A DNA stretch of 64,000 bases from Phaeosaccion multiseriatum. Taxonomy: Eukaryota > Protista > Ochrophyta, other classes. The stretch covers positions 2,232,001 to 2,296,000 of the forward strand of contig OZ218952.1 in assembly GCA_965112735.1 (NCBI GenBank), written 5' to 3'. Shown one piece after another: positions 16,063 to 27,500 of this stretch; positions within the stretch are counted from its first letter, which is position 1; every line of letters begins with the position of its first letter. Both the position numbers and the translations under genes were made by a program. The notes below the pieces were generated by a model. That model was not told the origin of the DNA and did not search any database. It saw only the letters and a program-made list of their open reading frames with translations.

Positions 16063-16490
16063 GACAGTGGCATTCAGGCACGTTTCCTGGGCTGCTGCTG
16101 CTGCACGTCCCATTTCAGGGACAAGGGTGCCCCTCAGTCGGAATGTGCAGACGGTGGGGATGGGGCGGTGAGCCAAGAGCAGGGGACGGTGGAATCCGGC
16201 GGGGATGCCCAGTGGCGGCCGCTGGGGGGTAGGGAGAAGAGTGTCCTGATCGAGGTTATTACATACTTCAGCAACGCTTGCATGGTATGTGATTACCTCG
16301 ATCAGGACACTCTTCTCCCTACCCCCCAGCGGCCGCCGCTGGGCATCCCCGCCGGATTCCACCGTCCCCTGCTCTTGGCTCTCCCCCCCATCCCACCACC
16401 GTCTGCACATTCCGACTGGGGGGCACATTTGCCCCTGAAATCGGACGTGCAGCAGCAGCAGCCCAGGAAACGTGCCTGAATGCCACTGTC
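16063..16490. repeat. Long inverted repeat (arms ~205 bp, 18-nt loop at 16267-16284)
   Basis: GACAGTGGCATTCAGGCACGTTTCCTGGGCTG... at 16063 is reverse-complemented ending at 16490, with scattered mismatches and small indels. Confidence 0.95.
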
Positions 16491-16779
16491 CTCCTGACAC
16501 TTGTCCCGGATGGAGTCGATCAGCGTCGCCCCGAAAAGCTTCTTGTTCCAAGCGGTCAAACGCCTCACGCAGAAGCGGTTGATGTCACGGATCAGCAAGT
16601 ACATCTCGATGCAGGGGTAGGTCAACCCCCCTTGCGAAAGCTCGTCCATCTTGCCCGTCGGCAGCCCATACTGCTCGGCAACACATCTGTCGGGATACTT
16701 GTTCGCCTCGATAAAGGCCATGAAATCCGGCAACTTTTCCACCGCTTCTTTTTGGTGCCTGTTGGGGTTGGCTGCGAAG

Positions 16780-17403
16780 TAGGTACTGCGCATCCTCCTC
16801 AGCACGTAGCCGGCGTAGAAATAAATGGTATCGAGCTCCGTCTGAGTCCGAAGGTCAACCCCCTCGTCGGCCGAGACTCGAAAGTGATCACCCACTCCAC
16901 CCAATGTGTGTGTAACCCGCCCACAAGTGCCGACAGGATGATCGTCGTCCAGTCCGTTCTCTCCAGCCCGGGGGGGGTGGGTCGAGAGGGTCTGCTCGGC
17001 GCCATTAAGCACTGCCGGACAACCCTCCAGGGCCTTGTGGAGGACCTTCCACGCCTGGAGAATCGCATCTGCACAATTCTCGGGCAGTGCTGCTCAGCCC
17101 CCTGGCGGAAACTTTCGAGTCTCGGCCGACGAGGGGGTTGACCTTCGGACTCAGACGGAGCTCGACACCATGTACTACTACGCCGGCTACGTGCTGAGGA
17201 GGCAGTACCTACACGTAGCCGGCGTAGAAATAAATGGTATCGAGCTCCGTCTGAGTCCGAAGGTCGGGGGGAGGGGTCGATAGGGTCCGCTCCGCGGCAT
17301 TAAGCACTGCCGGACAACCCTCCAGGGCTTTGTGGAGGACCTTCCACGCCTGGAGAATCCCATCTGCACATTCTCGGGCAGTGCTGCTCAGTCCCCTGGC
17401 GGA
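16780..17403. repeat. Nested inverted and direct duplications: A(16780-16885), B(16970-17109), inverted A'(17111-17211), partial A(17212-17265), B'(17266-17403)
   Basis: Read directly. 17212-17265 is identical to 16803-16856. Confidence 0.9.
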
Positions 17404-18536
17404 CTCAACGTCGCACGCGTACCGACTGTAGATATCCGTCAGAGCATCGAAGCCGGCACGGAGGAGGTCCCGCACACTGTCGTCCTTCTCAAATGCCCTA
17501 AGGAAGGTCCTCTCCTCTCCGCCGGAAGCGAACGGCGACATCTTGCTCCGTTCGTCATGAAGATCGAAGAACAGCTTGCGGAGAGCCCGAGCCAGAGCAA
17601 TGCCCCCTTCTTTGAGAATCTCGGCCACCACCTCTTTCTGCGAGTGAATCTGTTTCATCCTTTGCTGTTTGGAACGAGCCTGTAGCTCCTTCACTTCCTT
17701 GTCGTAAGCACTCTTCGCGATGGCCATGAACATGTCCATATCCCTTCTCCGCCGTATCTGCCCACCTTCCAGCACCTTCCCACCCTCCCCACTTCGCGCC
17801 AAGCAAAACCTGGCCCTGGCCCAAGAGCCACGTGCGCGCCGCGTCAAGCTGCTGGGACAGGGTGTTCTAAAGGCCGTCTTTTGCCGCTATTGGGGTGAGA
17901 GGGAGGATACAACAGCCGAGAGCCTTAGGGCGAAGCAAGATTCCTTCTCTCCACCTCCTCAGCAACCCATTTGTCGAGCTCGCTCTGCATCTCCTCCTCC
18001 GAGGGCCGTTGGGTAAGGGCAAACCCAAAGAGCTGAGGACAACCATCCTTCACTGCGGCCGGAAGTGCCTCAAACCTCGCCTCTACGGCCTTCTTTCTCA
18101 GAGCGACCACCGCCTTCACCAACTCGCGCTCTCCCCGCCTGGACGTCTCATCGTTCGGCTGCCATCCGCGCCTTCGCGGCTACACTACTGTAGCATCCCC
18201 CCAACCCTCGTCATACCCTGGCTCGTCTACGAACGCCTTCACCGCGGGATCAGCCTTCAATGAAGCGTTAGCATTAAAGGAAACCCCTTCGTCGACGCCG
18301 TGTTACCCACCGCCACAGAGACATCCCTCACAAGGGTGTCATGGCACTGCTCCTGCCAGTTTCCCAGCAGCCCCTCATGTCTAAAGAAAAAAAAGAAGAG
18401 AGAATTTGAATTTCACTCCACGAACCTTTCCTCACTCGATCCACGGCTATATCCCACGAAAGACCCCACGAGAATACGTAAAGCGGAAGATGTCATAGTG
18501 GGAAAAGGAAAAGGGGGCAAAACCCTCCGTTACGTA

Positions 18537-18857
18537 ATGCCAAACAAAATCAGAGTGAGGTCAGTGAGTCGAGGCAGGGATTGCTTCTCCTCCTCTCCTT
18601 CCAAATTTATCCCTCTTGCCCCATCCCCCCTCCACCTTCTCCTCCTCATCCTCCTAATCATTATTCTCCTCGGCCCCCCATCCACCCCCCTCCCCCTCCT
18701 GCTCCCCCCGCCCATAGGCGCACAGACGACAGCGAGGATTTTCACCTGCAGGGGAGTATCGAAAGGAAGCCGAGCAATGGGGGGGGCGACTTGGGGATTA
18801 GCAGCAGCAGAGGCAGCCCTGCTTCTTCCCTGAGACGCCAGGTCCGTGTTCAGCAGG

Positions 18858-18888
<31 letters not shown>

Positions 18889-19505
18889 GGGGATCCATTT
18901 GAGGAGGACCTGTTCTGCTGCTGCCCTAACTTCAGCTGCCCCATCCTTTGGATCCGTTCTCGTGAGAAGAACTGACGACAGGGCAGACCTCCACATTCGG
19001 TGAGCAATTATGATAGGTTGCCCTCAAGAGAGGGAGGAAGGTTTACGAGAATCCGTGAGCCGAACCTGCCCACCCGCCCAGAATGCTGTGACTGACAAAA
19101 GCAATCTCGCCTCCTTTGCAATCTGTCTTGATCTCTCTCACTCTTTGTCACACACATACTTATACGCGCCATCTCTATCTTTCTATCTATCTATCTATCT
19201 ATCATATCTCTCTTTGGTCTCGCCAGGGGGGAGGAGACCATTCGATCTCCTCAGGTCCACGGCAAGCACGGAATTGACCTTCTCAACCATTCTGTACCAC
19301 CACCCATTGACTTGAGCACCAGCAGTGGAGCAGAGAGGCAGGCGCTGGGAGAGAGTTGGGGAGGACAGTGCAGCAGTCTCTGCATGGGCTCGAAGGATGG
19401 CAACAGGGGAACCAATTTTGCAAAGGGAGAGGGACAAAGGAGGAGCACGAGAGCTGGAGGTGACCGAGAGAGGGCAAAGTCAATGGCAGGAAGGGGAGAA
19501 GGAGG

Positions 19506-19537
<32 letters not shown>

Positions 19538-20638
19538 TAGGAGAAGCAGCAGAAGCAGCGGCGAGGGGGCCGGGGGCTCCGAGCAAGTACAATCGAAGCC
19601 GCTCGAGCTCGGATCATCAGAGAAGCGAAGGAAGTGGGTTTTTCTCTGCGCTGTCTTCTTTATTCAGGAGCGGCGGAGGAGGGAAAGGCGCCGACAGCGG
19701 ACCTGATGAGAGCGAGAGGGAGGTGAATCTCGAGCTGCGCGAGGAGGAGGTGGGCGGCACCGAGGCAAAAGAGGTGACGAGGGTGAGTTGACATGACAGA
19801 GAGAGAGAGAGAGGAGAGGGAAAGAGCGGATGGAGATTGAGAGGACAGAGAGAGGGGAAGTGATGAGAACGACTCCTTGTACATAGAGATAAATTCTACT
19901 TGTTCCAAGCATGTAAGTTTATGCCAAATGAAAACTTCGCAGCCCCGGCAGTAGCAGCAGCAGTACAAGAGTATGCTGTGACCGTTCCTCCCCTTCGCTG
20001 CTGTCGTTTCTCATGCATACGACACCACGTCACCCACTACGACTGATGCTACTTCTACTGCCACTACTGATACTACTGCTACTGCTGTCGCGACTACTAC
20101 TGCTGCTACTATTGCTGCTGCTAACGCTGCCACTACTTGCCGGTGGGGATGGCCTCCGTTTCGTACCGCCACCGCGAGTTCAGACGTCACGCTACTTACT
20201 GTTCAAGAGCGTGTACGCCGCCGAACCCGTGCTCATCAAGTGTGTCATCAGGGGGGAGCAGGACACTCGGTGAGTGTGAGTGCGTGCGTGGTCGGGCCTG
20301 ACTTTGCTGCCGCTCTGCCCACAGTCTTATCTGCCAGAACCATGAAAGCCGAACAGACAAAAAAGGCCGTACTGCCGTACCGTACCGCACCGGCGTGTGA
20401 AGTGAGAGGAGACGGAGAGGCGGCCGAGAGGACACTGAGGAGACTGGAGGGGGAGGGAGGGAGCAGGGTTAGGGGTGGTCAAGTAGCATTCCAGTGCGCT
20501 ACCTAGCTCACTCGCCTCACCTCGCAGCCCCTCCACTGCCTTCTTCTCTTGCCCCTTGCCCCTTGCCTCTTGTCTGATCGTCTGGCCTCGCCTTGCCTCC
20601 TCCCCCTCGGCCCCGACTGTGCTTGTCTCTCTCTCTCT

Positions 20639-20670
<32 letters not shown>

Positions 20671-23121
20671 CGCGCGTGTGTTTTGGGTGGGACTCATGGT
20701 GCCTCTTATCAGGTGGGATGGACAGGCCGAGCTCTCGCGTGGCGCTCTGGAGACTGAGCTGCGCGTGTATACATCAGCCTCCTCCTCCTCCTCCTCCTCC
20801 TCCTCCTCCTCCTCCTCCTCCTCCTCCTCCTCCTCCTCCGCAGCGTCGTCGTCGTCCAGCGCCAGTCACATGGACAGCAGCGGCGGCACTCCCATGAACA
20901 GCAGTCATATGGGCAGAGCACTGCCCCTCCGCCATCCTCACCTCCTCGAACTGAGGGGCGCGGGGAGGGACGCGGAAGATCAGCCCTTCCTCGTGTTCCA
21001 GCCCTTAGATGAGCCCAGGTGGGGTGGAGTCACAGATGGGGTCGGGTGGGGGGGGGGACGGGTTGGTCATCCATCTGCTTGGGTCGCGGGTGGGGTACCG
21101 TATGAAGGGGCCATTCGAGAAGAGATGCTTCTCCACCCTTGTATCCGTCCCCTGACCTTCTGTGGTGTGGTATCCCCTGACCTTCTGTGGTTATAGTGTG
21201 GTGTGTGCCTGCCTTTTGGTATTCGATCTCTGCTCTAACTCGCGTTTTTGCTTCGTCGTCCCTCACCAACCGAACTGAATGCCCAACTGCTGAACAAACA
21301 CTGAACGAAGTCTGCTGAGCGGCTTGTCCAACAACTCTCACCTTGCCGCACACCCCGCCGTCTTCGGAGCTTTGCCTCGGAGAGAGCCTGTACACTGGAC
21401 TCACCATTTCAAGGTCAGAGAGGACAACAAACACGACAGCAAAAGGAAGGAGAACAGGAGGAAGGAAGAGCAAAGCAAAGCGAAGGCACTTCATCTCCTC
21501 TGGGGCTCACCATCTGTCTGACATCTATGTTCGCCCTGGCTGCTGCTGCTGCTACTGCTGTTGCTGTATCACCAACTGCTTGTGTGCCCCTCCCTCCTCA
21601 GCGTCATTCTGGCGTGTCTCTGGGCGGGCTGGTGAGGGCCGCTCTACACATCGCACTGGGCATGGAGTTCCTGCACGACAAGGCCGTGGAGGGCGCGCGC
21701 GTTGTGCACAGGCAAGTGGGGCCGTTGGTAGTACGCGCTATGAGCAGGCAGTCTAAAGGCCTGCTGTTCGAGGAAGTTGTAGTGGGACTGTTGCTACTTC
21801 ACGCTATGCGCAGGCAGGCAGTCCAATGCGCTGCAGTTGGAGGCTGTTGCGTGCCCTGGACAGCGAGAGGACTATAGAAGTAGTGAGACTGCCACGCTGT
21901 AAGGACAATGATCTCTCTCTCTCTCTCTCTGTCTGTGCGTGTGTGAGTATATCTCTCTCTGTTTGCATGTCTGTCTCTCTCTCTCTCTGTTCGTGTGTCT
22001 GCTCTTCTACCCTCTTTCTCTCGCTTTGTCCCTTGTGTCCTCCATTTTCATTCTCATCCAACCCTCTTGTCCTCTTCTCTAAAACGGATGTATGTGCGTG
22101 TGCGTGTGCGTGTGCGTGTGCGTGTGCGTGTGTGTACAGAGATCTCAACCCCGAGGCCGTGGCTGTGTGCCACGACAACGTGTTGAAAGTGTGCAACTTG
22201 TGCAGCGCGGAGCTCGTACCCTGCAGCCCATTGCAGCAGCAGTCTGAGGGGAGCCGCAGCCCGAGTGCCGGGAGGGACTCACTCTCACCACCCCCAACCA
22301 TATCCAAGCCCACTCCCACTACCCCACCCTCCTCACCACAACGTCCCATCTCGGAATCCTTGTTGGACGGCGAAGAATCTCGACAAGGGATTCTTGCTCT
22401 GAGCACAGAGACTCCGGCGGCGGCTCCGGAGATGGCTCCGGGGCTCAAGGGCGAAGCGCTAGCGAGGGACTTGCGCGCCCCGAGGCAAAGCGGCGGCCTT
22501 CCACCCAGCATGTGAGAGCAATTAATCGGACTCTTCATCCCTTCTCCGTCTCTTCTTCTTTTGTGCTCTCTCTCTCTCTTTCTCCATCTCGTTCTGCTCT
22601 GTCTCTTTCTCCCTCACCCTCTCTCTCGCACACACACACACTCTGTCTCTCTGAAGCACACATTTTTTGTTCTCTCAGCTCGCTTCCCACTTGTCCAACG
22701 CAGGCCCTTCGACATACTCTCTTTTGATGTGCTCCAAAAGCCGTACCTGACCCTCCCCCCCCTCCGCCCTTCCCTCCCTTCCCTCCTCTGCAGCCTTTGC
22801 TACACCGCCCCTGAGCTTATCTCCTCTACAGGGGGCATGGTGTACAGCGGTGGTAGCAGTGGTGATGAGCTCAGCAGCCCCCTGGGCCTCCTTCACCTTG
22901 CTGATGTGTACTCCTTTGCCATGACGGTGTACGAGCTCGGTAGCATGAGGAAGCCATTCGAGGGCATACCGCGATCGCAGTTCTACAAGCGCGTGGTGGT
23001 GAGTTGGTGTTGTACGGATGTTGTGCTACGTTTGTGTGCGGTGATGTGTCGTTAGAGTGATGTCTTTGCTTTTGTGAGGAACGCCATTTTATGTTGGAGC
23101 TGCCAAGCAAAATTGTCACAC

Positions 23122-23161
<40 letters not shown>

Positions 23162-23570
23162 ATACACACTCACACACACAAACATACACACTCACAACAC
23201 TCACACAAGCACACCCTATCTCTGTCCCTCTCCCACCCAGGCACACCCACCCACCACCACTCTACATTTCTCTGTCTCTCTCACTCACGCACGCACGCAC
23301 CGTCCTACCCCCCTCGCCCGTTTCGTTTCCGTCGCATGCCCCTCTACTGTGGCGGGTTGGGTATGGGTATCGCGCATCGCTTCCCTCTCCCCCCCCCCAA
23401 ATTCTCACACACAGGAGGACGGCGAGCGCCCCCCCCTGGGCAACCCAATGTGGCTTGAGGCGGGCCTCTCACGCCTGCTGGAGCGCTGCTGGAGCTCAGA
23501 GCCGAGGGACAGACCCGAGTTTCGGCAAATCGTGCTTGATCTCAGGGATATTCAGATCGGGGTGGCGTGA
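18537..23570 (+). CDS. TKL-like protein kinase fold, predicted pseudokinase; multi-exon, start uncertain
   Basis: Subdomains VLIK, LRHPHLLEL, IALGMEFLH..VVHRDLNPEAVAV..LKVCNLCSA, YTAPEL, ADVYSFAMTVYEL..KPFEG, LLERCWSSEPRDRPEF. Stop at 23570. Confidence 0.8.
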
Positions 23571-23631
23571 GTGAGCAGAAGAAGCAGAGGGAAGGGGTAA
23601 GTTTTTTTCTCCTGTTCGTGCGGGAGGGAAG

Positions 23632-23665
<34 letters not shown>

Positions 23666-24593
23666 CCAGCATCAGCACCAGCAGCAGCAACATCTATACT
23701 GTATATACTCGAGGACATGCACGGAGGCGGGCAGTGCTCGAGCCAATATCGGAGAGGGGCACATCACGGCGTGAGCTGAAGGAAGCGAAAGCGAAATAGA
23801 GAGTAGCTGAGCTCTATCCCTCCTCTTCTATTCCTGCGAATGCAAGAGGAACAGCAGGCTCTAACCACCCCCCTCAACAACATTGCTCTCATCCTCAGCA
23901 CATGTTTCTTCTCCTTTTTTGTTCTCTCTCGTTCTCGTGAGTTTGGGTGGAGGACCAATACATTAATCTATCAAACATCACACCTCGGACGTGCTCGGCA
24001 TCAGCCCGGGTTGTGACCCAATGCATCTCACCACCCCCCCACCCACCCACCTTATATTACAACCCACCCACCTTATATTACAATGCCAAGGGTGCGTCAG
24101 TGCCCTTCCTCAGGCAGGCAAAGGATGACTCATCAGAGACCAAGTAATATAAATAGGCGAACATTTTTTTTTGCAAAATGTAGACTAAATTAAGTAGTAG
24201 CAAAAAAAACACCTTTTTTTACACACACAAACACGTCAAGTTCATTTGACTGCCGTAATCCCATGTGACTGTCGAGCTGCGAGAGGCACCCCCTGGGTGG
24301 ATCCGATCCCCCACTCACTCCCAACCCGCCCGATCCAGCCAATGAGCAATTGAGTAGGAGTGAGTGGCTCACCCAGAGATCATCTGAACGCCGCACATGG
24401 GGCGGGGGTAGTGAGGACAGGGAGGAAGGGAGGCGGGCGGGCGGGCGGTGGGGCAGAGCTTAGGAGATGGGAAGAAACGCACAAGTCAAGCCAGGGGTTA
24501 AGTAAGTCCTCACTCCCTCTCTGCCGCCGCCTCTCCCACGCCGCCCACTCCCCCTCTCAATCCTTCTCCCACAACTTGCTTCCCTTACCCGTC

Positions 24594-27500
24594 CTAACCC
24601 GTCTCACCGCCGTTGACCCCCTTCCACTCTCTCTTCGGACCCTCTCTCTCAAACCCCATCCCTTCTCTAACCTTGAGAGGGTTGCGTGTCGGCTGCGGCT
24701 TGAGGAAGATGTAGCTCCTTTGCATGCGATGCACCACCGCCAGCTGCTGCTGCACCGACATGGCCCCGCCCACAAGGTCCTTCACGTCCTCGTCCAAACC
24801 CCTCTTGGTTTGCCTGCTGAAGCGGTTGGAATTCAGCAACAGATTCTGATGCATGTCGTAGAGGATCAGCACCAGGCTGCCGTACTCACGCGCGCTGAGC
24901 GAGGTCTGCCCCTGCCTCTGCCCCTGCTCTTGCCCCTGCCCTCCACCCTCCCCCACAGGAACGACGGTACCGCTCCCTCCGCTTCCCCCCGGTCTAAAGT
25001 GGAAGCTTCTCGAGCTGGTGAGGAGGCGCTCCACCTCTCTCAGCGACGCTCGCACGGCCATGTGCACCCGAGCAGTGGTGTCCAGGCGCCGTGAGGTGAT
25101 GGCGAAGAAGACATTCTTGCAAACCAGAACAAGACAGGCCCCCACCACGAGGGCGGGAAAGACCGCCATGAGTTGCAAGTTCACCTGAGTGTTGAGGAGT
25201 GGGAATGGGGTAGTGGGCCGGGTGAGTAGTAGGGCAGCGGGTAGTGTGGGGTTTGTAGTGGATGGTGAGAGGATGGTGGTGCATGGCACAGCGGATGGCA
25301 TTGGATGGTAGTGGATAGGCGGGGGGAGTAGTGAATGGCAGTGGATGGTACAGTGATACCTGATTGGCGTGGTACAAGTCGTCGATGGCCTCCATAGCCA
25401 CCATGAGCTCCTTCTTGATGAACTGCACCTGCTCTCATCGTCCGGGGGGAGGACGGAGGGAGGAGTGGGCGACGGGCGTGGGGAGAAAGGGAGAGAAAGA
25501 GAGCGAGAGAGAGAGGAGAATTAAGAGGGGAAGGAGAGGTTAGCCAACCAATCAATCCATTCCACGAGGCGAGGCAAGCAAAAGCACCATGGAGGGAGGG
25601 GACTGCGAAAGGCAGTCAGTCAGTCAGTCAGTCAGTCAGTCAGTCAAGTGTCGGTGGGCGGAGACTCCTACTGGTCTCTCTCTCTCTCTCTCTCCCTCGC
25701 TCTCCCGCTCCCGCTGTACATCTCCTGCGCTCCGTGCGACGCTGTAGGCATCTATCGATCCGCTCTTTCGCATGTGAAGCAGTCAGTCTTGGACGCGACG
25801 GACTACCTAGAGACTTAAACATGTTCCCTCCCCCCCCTCCCGTGCCCCTCCCTCAGCACGCACACACACCCGCACGCGCACACACACGCACGCACGCACG
25901 CACGCAGGAACGAACCTGGATGAGCATATTGCGAACAATCTTGCCCCTGAGAAGGTTCTTGATGGCCTGGGGAGTGTCCCGCTCGTACTGCCGGCGCAGA
26001 ACAAGGGGGTGAGAGGGAGAGGGAGAGAGAAGGAGCGGGGGGGGGGGGGAGAGGCCCAGCAGAGCGAGAGGCCAAATGCCCCGCGGGGAAGAAGAGTGGA
26101 CGAGACAGCAGGACAAGTCAATCGGTCAGTCAGACAGTGAAGTTAGCCAGTCAAGTCAGCCAGTCAGTCAGTCAGCCAGCCAGCCAGCCAGCCAGCCAGC
26201 AAGCCACTCAGTCAGCCAACCAGTCAACCATGCATTGTCGCCTGCACCCCCCCTCCCTCTCACCTCTCTGGACACGAAGGTCATGTCCATATCCTTAGCC
26301 CGGCGCTCCCGATCCTCCTCCTTCATGTCTGTGGCCAGGGGATGGAGGGATCAAGTTTCAGGTTCAGTTTCGGTGTCAGTGGGAGTAGACACTATAGCAT
26401 CCATCACAAGGAGGGGATGGAGGGGATCAGAAGCGAGCCCCCCTCCCCCTTCCCGGACACACACAGACACTGGGGAAGACGCACTGCACTAGCCTAGCCT
26501 TGTACTCACTCGGCTCTGTGTCCCGCATGTAATCACTCAGCATGGTCTCTAGGGTCTGGTCCAGGAGGGAGGCGGGAGAAGAGAGGAAGAGAGAGAGAGA
26601 CAAAGAGAAGGATCAGATCTCCTTGCATCGAACACCTGGGAGCAGAGCAGAGCAGACAAGCACCGCCACTGCTCACCGATTCAGCACCAGCACACGGGCA
26701 GCGCGGCGCGAAAGTCCGCCGTTCGCCAGGTATCTACAGTCAACCCCGCCACCAGCCCCGCTCATCGCCTCTTACTCCAACCCCCTCCTCCCTCCTCCCC
26801 CCTCTCCTCTCGCCCCACTCTCCCTCACCTGTTTGGCGTCAACAACGGCTTCCTTGTCCATGAGCTGCTCTCTCTGGCGGAAGAGCACACCCTGCACAAT
26901 GGCCTTGGACGGCTCCCTGTGCACCATCAAAAGCAGTTGGTGATACAGCAACAGCAGCAGCACCAGCACCAGCAGTGGAGAGAGAGTGTGTTTGGCTTTA
27001 GCAGCAAGGAAGGGAGAAAACGGGGGGCATGCCCTTTCACGTGATTCCACCCCATCCCGTTCCATTCAGTATCGGAAAGGAAAAGAGGTGGGCACGACAC
27101 GACACACTCCACTCATTCTCCCTCTCACACACATACACACACACTCCACTCATTCTCCCTCTCTCATTACTCACTCATTCACTCCTTCACTCACTGACTC
27201 ACCACAACTGTTCCTCCCAGAAGATCTTGAGGCCCTTCCTGGCCGCCCAGTACGTGGCCTTGAGCTCGCTCCAATTGTCTTTCACCTCTGCCCCGGCCTT
27301 GACCGTGAGGGGAAGCAGAGCAGTGAGGAGCAGAAACTTGCCTGCCTTCTTCTGCGGGGGCTTCCACGCACCCGCTTGTGTGATGGCTCTATTGTGATGG
27401 CCCCTCTGGGCTCTGGGGAAGGTGGCCACGCTTTTGGCTCTTATGCTCAGCCGTCGGGCATAGGCCAAGTGGGTGTCGTCGGCCCGCGGCATCCACGGGG

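Larger units (their letters stand above)
15967..18380 (-). mobile_element. Degraded, internally rearranged transposon-like relic; fragments carry a P-element-transposase C-terminal-like motif
   Basis: Broken ORFs at 17209-17742 and 16302-17012 include IYFYAGYVLRR...MDELSQGGLTYP, resembling the YxAGYV...DEVSHGGLxxP motif of P-element transposase C-termini. A further upstream fragment (17925-18380) has an in-frame stop and a frameshift. No microsatellite introns; multiple internal duplications. No TIRs or catalytic core identified. Confidence 0.45.

Noticed and set aside
15900-18480. Terminal inverted repeats or TSD for the transposon-like relic
   Set aside because: None found by eye, so the element boundaries are approximate.
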